Under the pieces are notes generated by a model. That model ran no database searches. It saw only the letters and a list, made by a program, of their open reading frames with translations, and had not been told where the DNA came from. A stretch of 63,858 nucleotides of DNA, counting the filler, from Reticulomyxa filosa (Eukaryota > Protista > Foraminifera), in the NCBI GenBank assembly GCA_000512085.1. It is 12 parts of 12 records of this genome, joined end to end, with 100 filler letters (N's around TTAATTAATTAA, not from the genome) between each part and the next. Parts side by side here need not be neighbours in the genome. Positions count along the whole stretch, not along the records: positions 38,158 to 47,363 come from ASPP01025599.1; positions 47,464 to 48,594 come from ASPP01004904.1; positions 48,695 to 55,318 come from ASPP01005327.1; 9 more parts are not named here. The stretch is one strand, 5' to 3'. Of this stretch, positions 39,265 to 49,692 are shown piece after piece. The translations under genes and the position numbers were made by a program. The stretch's first letter is position 1. Every line of letters starts with the position of its first letter.

Positions 39265-40473
39265 TCAAAATTTATTTATTCTACTGTATTTTATAATAAT
39301 TTGTTCGAAATCATCAATCCATCCTAATTTTATTTTTAAAGTTCGAATCCAATATCGGATAATACATGTTATTTCATTTTTTGACTGTTTATTATTTGTT
39401 AATCATTTCACACAATAAAATGTATTTATGTTAAGCAAAAAAAATAATTACCAACTGTGAAGGATCCCATACACGCACTTTTGTCTTCATGTGAGTTGAT
39501 GAATTGATATATTTATTATTAAGTCCTCCAATGATGTGAATATGAGTATCGTCTTCATTCAGTGTTGCAACACAGCAATATAGTGGACTGTGTAAAGTGT
39601 TTTCAAACGTCATCCATTTGTTTTCTCAATTGAATACTTATGTACTGATTCTAAAATTTCCGATTTATGATCTTTTGAACCAAATCCACCAAAGAACAAG
39701 ATGATATCATTGATACATATATATGCACATTCAGTTAACAGTACAATATCCTTACAAACAGGTAGTTGATGAAATTGAAAAATATTATTATCTTCATTAT
39801 ATTCAATTGATAATATTGTATCCTCATTAAGCAACAGCATTTGATAATTTTGTTTATTTGTTTTCATCATTTCTTATCCTTGTTCATTTTCTGAATTTGA
39901 TACAAAGCAATGAAATCGAATATGATTATTAGTTGGTAACGTATCATGTTTAATAAATTGAAATGTATTTAAATCAAATACACTAATATTATTTTCATAA
40001 TAAGTGATAAATAACAAATTATTGTTACTTCCACCAATCACTGCACGCGCTCCACAATAATTATCCTGATCTCTCCCAATGATAATTGGATGATTGTGAC
40101 TGTCCGTGAAAGGAACCCATTTATTGCAATTATTTAATTGATTTGATATATTACTCCAAACGCTTACATATTTCATCACCAATGTATGTTTATTACCGCT
40201 ACTCCAATCAGATCCAAAAGATAACAAAGTGATTTGATTTCTGTCTTTGTTATCTACTAGCTTTACTACACAGTGTCCATCTAATTGAATATCACTTGGA
40301 TACTCACAGATAAGGTTGTATTTGTTTTTGATTGTATCATAAGAATAACAAGCTTTTTTGCAGGAACCTCCACAAATGAGGATTTCGTGTTTATGTAGCA
40401 CACATTGAGAGTGAAAAAGTGAAGCGGGCAAAGATTTCAATTTTTGAAAAGAAGGTGTGATCTGATTGCCCAT
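39265..40473 (-). pseudogene. Kelch-box gene with a premature stop and a frameshift
   Basis: In-frame TAA at 39874-39876; frameshift near 39615-39630 (HKYSI../KWMTFENTL). Last exon 39384-39265: SKNEITCIIRYWIRTLKIKLGWIDDFEQIIIKYSRINKF*. Confidence 0.85.
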
Positions 40474-40862
40474 GTTGTTAATGTTGGTGTTTTTTTTTAA
40501 ACTTTTTTAAGAAAAGGGACGTGTTTTCTGTAATTTGTATTTAAAAATAAAAGTATTTTTCTAATTAATCTTTTGTATTAATATTGTCTAATATACAAAA
40601 AGACTAAAATATTTGTCTATTATTTAATTTTAATTGTATTTGATAGTATTTACCTCATTTTTTATTGCTCTTGGCTGCTAAACTATCTTATTTTAGGTTA
40701 AAATCTTCAAAAAAGTGTCGATATACTTTTTTTGAATATTTAAAATTTGGCAAATTTCATGATCACAAAACAGACACATGACACGTTTATCAAATTTTTT
40801 TCAAAAACTCACAATAAAACGAACATACTTGAAAGGTTTTTCTTCACAAAAAAATTAATTAT

Positions 40863-42224
40863 TTATGTTAACTTACTATATTTGATAATAATTTTGTCAA
40901 AATCGTCGATCCATCCCAATTTTATCTTTAAAATTCGAACCCAATTTTGAACAACAAGTTTTATTTCATCTTTTGACTGTTTATTTTTTTAAATCAGTTT
41001 CATGCAATAAAAGTGTATTTCAAAAAAAGACACGTCAAAAAATATTACCAACTCCGAAGAATCTCTCCATATATTTAATTTTGTCTTTATATGTGTTGAT
41101 ATTATGTCCCTTTTAGTATCACTTCCTCCAATGATATGTATATAATTATTGTTTTCATTTAATATCCCAAAACAATTATACAATGGAATAGGTAAAGTAT
41201 GTTCAAATGTAGTCCATGTATTTTCTTGTATTGAATATTTATGTGCCAACTTTGAAACAACATACTTATTACCTTCCCAACCATATCCTCCAAAAAATAA
41301 GATTATGTCATTAATACATATATATGCAAATCTATTAAATATTGTAACGTCATTACAAGCACGTAATTGATTAAATTGAAAAGAGTTGTTATCTTCGTTA
41401 TATTCAATTGATAATCCTTTCTTATCACAAAACAATAGCATTTTATAATTTTTATTCTTTTCTTGTTCATTTTCTGACTTTGACACAAAGCAGTGATACC
41501 GTGTATAATTAGTTGGTAAGCTATCGTGTTTAATAAATTGAAATGTATTTAAATCAAACACACTAATATTCTTTGGATAATAGGTAATAAATAATAAATG
41601 ATTGTTGCTTCCACCAATCACTGCACGTGCTCCTTCATAGCCATTTTCATCTCCAATTTCATCATCATCTTCGTTTTCTCCAATAATAATTGGATTATTA
41701 CTATTGTCTCTGAAAGTAACCCATTGATTGTAATTGTTCAAATTGTTTGATTTCTTTGATTTCTTTGATTTTTTTGGGTCATTCATTTCATTGCCATTAT
41801 CATTATCATTACTCCAAACACTTACATATTTCATTATCAATGTATGCATTTTTGTATGTTTATTTCCACCAAAAGATAATAAAGTAATTTCATTTCTGTT
41901 ATCTACCAGTTTCACTACACAGTGCCCAGATAATGTAACATCTCGTGGATATGAGCATATAAACTTGTATTCGTTCTTGAGCGTATGATAAGAATAACAA
42001 GCCCTTCTATATGCACTTCCACAAATGAGGATTTCGTGTTTGTGTAACACACATTGAGTGCATTCAGATGGAGTTGGTAAGTCCTTCGAACTTTGAAAGG
42101 GAGCTGAAGTAGTAACAGCTTGACTTTGTTCAGGTATTTTTTCATGCTTAGCAAATAGAGCAGAATTATTCAAAACTCGAAAGGGAGTTGAGATAGTAAA
42201 GTTTTGCTTTTGTTCAGCTTGCAT
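40863..42224 (-). CDS. Kelch-box protein, apparently intact (exons 42224-41049, 40976-40863)
   Basis: Kelch motifs as in paralogues; phase-0 GT-AG intron; exon 2 SKDEIKLVVQNWVRILKIKLGWIDDFDKIIIKYSKLT*. Confidence 0.85.
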
Positions 42225-42329
42225 GTTGTTAAAGTTGATGAACTATTAAGAGTTTAACTTTACCAAAAAAAGGGGAAAGAGCTTGGCCCTTTGAAAAAAG
42301 ACTAAAATTTTTACCTATTTTTAATGCTA

Positions 42330-42650
42330 AGGCGCTGCTCGATGTGTTAATATTTCACTGTTGCAAAGAGATAAAAATAGGAAGAATGTAATAATGATCT
42401 GTAGTAATGAATATATAGTTTGTCTTGGGTCACGGGATAAAACTATTCGTATATGGGATTAACGTGTAAAATATATTATAATTCAATTCGTTTTTGGGAT
42501 ATTCGATCAAATAAGAATGAATTATATATTATCAAAGAAGGTAATGAAATAGTATATTTTAAATTTCTACAATTAAAAAAGAATAATTGTGTTGTGATAT
42601 CATCTATGTTATAGTTCAAAAAAGTCGTGATTTGTATTTGAGAATAAAAT
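42330..42650 (+). pseudogene. WD40 gene remnant
   Basis: GIYIVCLGSRDKTIRIWD-like segment and SIRFWDIRSNKNELYIIK; similar to 39000-39250. Confidence 0.7.
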
Positions 42651-42729
42651 TTGTTTATTTCAAATCAAATGAGCAAACAAAAAATCCTATCATAAAAAAA
42701 TAATGAATAATTCAAAAATAATATTCAAG

Positions 42730-42980
42730 GATTCAAAATATTAAATTTGTTTTATTATTATATATTCCACAATATTCCTATGAAAGTTTGATACAAAACA
42801 ATGAAAATATCCGTGAAAGGATCCATTTATTGTATACATTCGATTTATTCACTCCATTGTCATTATTATTATTACTCATATTTCATAATCAGCGTATGTC
42901 TTTTCGTACAGTTATATCTACCAAAAGATAATATGGTGATCTCATTGTTGTTATCTATTAATTTCACATTGGACTCAGAG
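42730..42980 (-). pseudogene. Internally deleted Kelch remnant
   Basis: VKLIDNNNEITILSFGRYNCTKRHTLIMKY, YNKWI and FHCFVS blocks compressed together. Confidence 0.7.
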
Positions 42981-43206
42981 AACTTTTAACTAGGGAAAAT
43001 TTTTTTGTTTCTTGAGAAAAAAAATCTGCTCTGTAAAAAAAGTATGGACAATATTCCATTAAGCATTTATTCCAAAGAACACATCTTTGTACGTGAAGTT
43101 AATGTAAAGTAACAATAATAATTCAAATGCAACTTTGCAATGAATTTATTTTGCAAAAAGTAATAATCTCCTAACACAACAATAACTGAAAAATGTATTT
43201 TTACTT

Positions 43207-46200
43207 TTAAAAAGGCATTTTTGCCCAAAATTTCATGATCCATGTTGGGTGCACCAATTTTTGATCATGTTTTTTCCATTCTTGATGTATACATTGATAT
43301 GCATATTGATATGCAAAAGCACAATAATTCCATGTCAATAAATGGCTTGGAAAATATTCTAATTGATTTTTAGAAACATATTGTTCTAAAAAAAAACCAA
43401 GTTTAGTATTTGAATCTCGTTTAATCTGTCCTTGTTTATAAGCTATTTCACGCCATGCTCTTAATATATCTGTCCTAGTCCCCAATAATGTTTTATTAAC
43501 AAATTCCTTAAGCTGTATTTTAATTTCATTGGTCAAAGGTTGTCGATAATTATTAAGAACAAATGGTAGAATTGAACTTTCATCTAATTGTTCCAATTGA
43601 ACTAAATTTCTTAATTGTCGCCATAATATTCCAATATGTTTAATACAAAGTTTATTGGTTTTATTGTCATTAAAATCATTTATTCTATCAAATAAAATCC
43701 AATCTTTTTTTTCAAATTGCAAATTTTTAAATAAGTTTGTTAATTCAATATCTATATTAATTGTATTACTTTTTTGAAATAAATGAACAATTGCATCATT
43801 TATCATTTCCAATGCTTTTTGTTTTTGTAAAGGAGATGCAACAGATAAACGTAAATTATCCCAAAATGATTGAAATTGAGCATATTTAAAATCTTTATAT
43901 TTGGTTTCAATAATTGTAATGCAATTTCGAATATCAAGTTCATTGCGATATTCAAATAAAGGAATAATAAATGTAACTTGTTGTCGACCGTGGACAAAAG
44001 TATGATAAATATCATTTTCAATAGCTGCCAGATCAAAGTATTTGGATTTGTCAGATTGGCCATATTCCAATATTGGAGTACTTCGTCGTTGAATAATTGC
44101 ATTTAATGCTTCTTTATCAAAACATAAAATATCATATCTTGTGATATCAAAAAAATATTTCCAATGATGTTGTGACAAACGATCTTCTTTTTTCTCAAAA
44201 ATCTGAATGTGTGGATGTTCAGATTGCTCAAAAGTTTTCAAAAATTCATTATGTTGATATTCCAAATGTCGAATTATTTGATAAATGTTGAATTGTAAAT
44301 TATTCACATTGGAATCGATAATGCATACTTGATCCATAGGTAAATTTTTAAAATCTTGTTGCAATTGTTGGTGATTCAATGCAAAATAGTTCCAACAGCT
44401 CACAAAACTGTTCTTTGATTTTTTATATAAATGAGTTTGTTCAAAAATTTCATCTTCTTGAATTCGATATAATTCATCCGGCATCAATTGTCGAGAGTAT
44501 TTTTTGTGAATATATTTAATCAAATGTGCAATATCTGGCAAATACTGCAAATACCAAATACCCCAATCCCAATTTAACAATTGAGCAATGAGTGGATAAT
44601 CATTAGCCAGAGATGGATTTGCAGTAAACACATGAAATAAATCTCTCCATGACAATGTCTGAACTTCCAAAAATAATCGTTCAATATAGATTGTTTCATG
44701 ACGTTCATCTACTTCTTTGGTTTCTTCAATTTCACATATTAATTCTTTAAACTCCTTATTGCTATTGCTTGGCATAATTTCACTTTTGTTTCGACTTTCA
44801 ATAAACTCAGCCTTGCGATTAAAAAAAATATCGAATACTCTTTGTCCAATGCTTCTTCAAATTCATTGATCTTTTGCAAGCTGTAATTAGACGATTCGTG
44901 GCAATTCCACTTTTTAAATTTTTCAGAGAAATCTGTCATCCACAAATGAATAGCAATACACAATAGTTCTTCATCCAAGTTTGTTAATACTTGCAATCGC
45001 TTAAAATCACGTTTTGTCTTATCCCATAAAAATTTGGTAACATCACTTGCGTTGGGCTGTTTTACCAATTGTCGAATTTTTTCTCTGTCTTTCGAATGTT
45101 CCTCATTTCGTGCGAGCAATAGCAAATGATACAACAATCGTAACAACACGAATATTATTGGTCTCATTGTATCTGGCTCCATTTTTTTGGGAAACGTATA
45201 ATATCTTGTCAAAACAAACGAAACATTATTTGTGGTACTGGCAATTGTGGGTCGGGAAAACGTTTTCAAATCTATGTCGGAGACAGAGGCTTTACATCCA
45301 TTTACTTGACATTTCACTTGTTTCAAGAGGTCCTCTGATCCGTTAATTAACAATGGATGATGATTCATGCAGTAATATACCTTCGAAGGTTCATTAGCAG
45401 TGATACCACACCAAGTCGAATCGGGAAAGAATAGCTCGGACTTGTTTTGTAGTAATTTGAATGGATTGTCTTCCATATCTGCAAGGATTTGTAGAAAGTG
45501 GCAGCGCAAGCTTGCCACAGTGGAGCCAGTTATATCACTGATGGATTTGAAAGATAATTTCTTATCTTTGCTCAAACTCGTCAAACTCTCAATCCATGCA
45601 ATGCTGTTATAAAGACTGAAACCGGTGGACAAAGTTTGATTTTGTTGGGGATTATGAACAAAATGCGCCCAAGGATCAAAAGAATGATCATTCAATGTTC
45701 GTTCATGTAGCAATGCAAACACTCGGATTGGACTGGATGTGCTAAATACGGGATACTTTCTTCGGACCATTGGATGTGCAAATAGTAACTCCATTCGAAG
45801 GATTCCTTTCCATACGTGGAATTGTTTTAAAAACCACACATGCAAAGCATGTGCATACTGTATGTGGCAGCTGTTGAAATCGGACAATAGTTTATTTATT
45901 TTTTCCAAAGTCTTGAACAGTGTCTGATTTCCTTCAATATGTGATAAATCAATATCTGCGTCAACTAGAATTGCAATAAGACGGGCAAGTTTCGCTTTCA
46001 CGGTTGCAATTTGCACAACACAGTTAAGATCAGAGGGATCCTTCTCATCGCACAACTGCCTCCATCTCTCGTCATTCTCCTCTATTTCTTCATTTAAAAT
46101 CATCAACTCCAAACAACGACCCAACAGCACTGCTTCCTCGGAATACAAACTAATATTGTTGTCCAAATGTCCATGCAACACCATTTCTTTGAGTATTTGC

Positions 46201-47363
46201 ATTTTGAAAATGGGTCTATTGTTGATCTGCGAATATAATTTCGGCAAAATGGAAATATATACATTACGTCGATCTGCATTCTCTTCTATTCCCTCCACAC
46301 GTTTGATAGTGGCAAGTAAGTCTTGAATGAAATCAGAATATTTTTGTGGAGCTGTATTTCGGTTACTGGAATAACTTTTGAGGACACGATAGACTGATGT
46401 TTTATTCTCCAAAAGACCATATTCAATTAAATGTTCTTCTTCATCTACAAATTCATCTGTTTCCAAATATATGATACCAAGACGTTGAATTTCAATTTCC
46501 CGAGCTGTTTGTGATAGCTCATTCATAAGATTTGCACTCTCTTTTTGTAGATGTTTGGACAAGAAATTCAAGACAATTGAAATCGACTTGGGAAAAAACA
46601 TTATGCTGTCATTTGTGGTAAAGCTTGCTCCTATTGGAATAGACTTCCAAAGAGCCTGAGTCATTTGCACAAACCATGACCCAGGCTGATTTTTGAGAAT
46701 ATCTTCCTCTACATCTGGAATTTCACTCGAAAGTCTGGAAGCGATAGAAATTAGATATGCGTAATGGAAAATTATTTGACGAAAATGACGTATGGTCACT
46801 TCAATGGTAGCAATTGACAACTTGCCACATAATAGTAATGCTATAGACACAATGACATTTCGCAGAATGATTTGTTCATCTTGCGTGTGCAAACACCATG
46901 AAAAGTCATATCGAACCAAGTCCATCACATATTCATGGATTATCTGTAAAGAATAATCCATATCCCATTGAGTTAAATCATCATTTCCTATTGGTATTTG
47001 CTCCAACTTTGTCGCATCTGAACCAGGATGATTGTCTGGCGACTTGGAATGTTTTGAGAGTTGTTGTTGACACCAATTATGAATAGAACGACTAAATGGA
47101 AAAGAATGTTGCAAATCAGTTTGAATGGAATACAATTGAGGATCAGTTACGGCTAAAAGTAAGTTATTGATGTCAATATTCACTGGCTTCATTTTAACCA
47201 ATGTTTCATTTCCCAATGCCTTTTCAAAAAATTCGACATACCACGAAAATTCGTTATCGCTATTTCTCTTGCTTTCGAAATATTTCTTTGAGTCATTATT
47301 TGTGATGTATGATTTATAAGTATAAACGGGCAACAGTAAATCAACAAATAAAAAAAAAAAAAA
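43207..47363 (-). CDS. RNF213/mysterin-like protein, C-terminal ~1400 aa (E3 scaffold, RZ-type finger, CTD); 5'-truncated by gap; one frameshift at ~44820
   Basis: Collinear blocks matching RNF213 as I recall it: FPFSRSI, IATVKAKL, HVWFLKQF...G, YYCMNHHP...C...C, MRPIIFVLLRLLYHLLLL, FLWDKTKRDFKRL, LQYLPDI, LEYQHNEFL, LEYGQ...FDLAAIENDIYHTFVHGR, LCIKHIGILW. Confidence 0.8.
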
Positions 47364-48694
47364 NNNNNNNNNNNNNNNNNNNNNNNNNNNNNNNNNNNNN
47401 NNNNNNNTTAATTAATTAANNNNNNNNNNNNNNNNNNNNNNNNNNNNNNNNNNNNNNNNNNNNAGGCGATCTGTTACTTTCAAAAAAATCTTCTGACAAT
47501 TGTTGTTCAATAATAACAAAAATTTATCGTTTTCTTTTCTGTATCTGACAATAATCAATAACCCAAATGTCCCTTTCAAAAAAAAAAAAAGCTGTTTCAA
47601 ATGTTCAACGATCACAAAATCTTATTCAACATTTTCACACAAAAAATCCAATAAGCGTTCATTTTTCAAAAAAAAAAGCACTATTTCTTTGAATTTGTAT
47701 CTTTTGATTGTAAAAAATATTGTACACGTTATTTTGATTTCATATTGAAGATATTTCCAACTTTTTTTGGATGGAAGAAAAAGTCTATGAAAAATATCGC
47801 TAAGTTTAAAAAACATTATTATACAAGATGCAAGAAGAAAAGCCGTGGGAAAAGAGATTTGAATTTGATGATGCCATCACCTAATCGTCCATCTTACTAC
47901 CAAAAGGAAGTCACAAAGAAGATGACGAATTGGAGCCAGTCACGTTGATGTAGCTGTTTGGACAAAGTAGAGTGGATGGATACAATATGATAAGGAGTAC
48001 TTGTCGTCGCTGTACTTTAAAAAAAAACAAAGAAGGATGAAGCACAAATAACAAAGACGTCAACAATGGAAGAGATCATGAAGTATAGCACGTGAACAAA
48101 CAAGTGACAATATTGACTACAGTATGTTCCTCATGCAATTGGCTGCGAATCAACAGAGATTGTTTTATTGCAGTTCATATATTATATAGATTGCAGATTG
48201 GTGATAAAAACTTCGTCACTCCATATCAATTGGAATCCGACTGATGATGAAGGAAAAAAAGGGGATAGTGATGGCAACAGATATTACCAAGACAAAATAC
48301 AAGTATTTGAATGTCAGTGTATATTGATATTACATAAGACATCTTCAACATGTTGCAGTTGTTAGGGCCGTTGGAATGGAAACACACATTATTGAATATG
48401 TACAATCCTATTCTATGCTGTGACCACAATATTGTTCAATCACATTCTGAAATAGATGTGTGACCACTATGGCGACAAGCACTACTATAAACTCGTACGC
48501 AAGTTGTGCTTATCTTTGTATCCAAGCATCAGACTTGAAAAGATTTTGCTGTGTATTGTCACGTTCTCGTCTTTGCTGATCAAAGCTACCACTCNNNNNN
48601 NNNNNNNNNNNNNNNNNNNNNNNNNNNNNNNNNNNNNNTTAATTAATTAANNNNNNNNNNNNNNNNNNNNNNNNNNNNNNNNNNNNNNNNNNNN

Positions 48695-48850
48695 ACACGA
48701 CAATTTGGAATTTTAAGAAAGATATCGATTTAAATTTACACAAAAAAGAGGCTATCTTGATTCATGATTATACAATTCGTATATGTGATATTGAAACAAC
48801 TAAACAATTGAATGTATGCAGATGACATAAAGATCTTGTAAATAGTGAAA
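48695..48850 (+). pseudogene. WD40 remnant
   Basis: DYTIRICDIETTKQLNVCR*HKDLVNS. Confidence 0.6.
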
Positions 48851-49327
48851 ATTATTTTTTTTTGCATAATTTATCTTTGCTCAAGCTACTATCAACAATA
48901 AACGAAATAAGTTGTAGTGAGACTACTTACGTCATAATGGAGTCAGTATGACTCCAAATATACAAAATTGTTTCTTTTTTAATTTAAGTTCAAAAACGCG
49001 TTTTTACTTTTCTTAAAACGTGCTTTTCCGCTCCAGGTTCTCTACAAAGTGTTGCTTAAAATAAATCAAGCAAAAATTTTCAAAAGTTTTTTTCCAAAAC
49101 AAACACCATCTTGGTTTATAATCATTTTAGAGAATAAAAAAGAACATAAAAAATAATTTTAATAAAAGCTGCAACGCAAAAAGAAAAAGCTAATAATATA
49201 AAATAAAATGCATAAAAGCAATCAAACAACAAAAACTGCAAAAATTTCAAAAAATCTTTAAAAAAATTTAAAATCTAAGCAATTCTTTATAAAAACGAAA
49301 ATTCCAGAAAAAAGTTTAACAATTTAA

Positions 49328-49478
49328 TAAAACCAAAATCATATTTAAAAACTACAAGATTCGTAGATATTTTTTAAAAATTAAGTTGGTTTTTTTTCAT
49401 GAAGAAAATCGATCATCTCTATAAGGTACCGTTTTGGGTGTTAACTTTCTTTTGATTCTACTGTATCTTTTTTAAATT
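49328..49478 (+). repeat. Dispersed ~150-bp repeat, copy 2
   Basis: Aligns by eye with 59677-59830 and the reverse complement of 25570-25722. Confidence 0.8.
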
Positions 49479-49692
49479 ATTTTTGTGTGAATTAAATAAT
49501 ATACAGCTAATTACAATGATATCTATCAGTCACTTTTATTGTACTCTTTATTGAGATTACATTTGGCTTTATGTTTACAATGTATTGACTACGCAGAAAA
49601 TCTTCAAAGCAGCAACGTTCGCGTCGGGAACCGACTTCTGATATGTTTGTAATGTTTTGACAAGCAAGTCCCCTTTCATCAGCAGCTGCATA

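Noticed and set aside
17615-39876. TAA reassigned to Gln (in-frame TAA at Gln-like positions at 17615 and 39874; two TAAs near 2061)
   Set aside because: Conserved genes (OLA1, hexosaminidase, G-alpha) end at TAA at the expected C-terminus and use CAA/CAG freely; CAA-to-TAA decay explains these cases.
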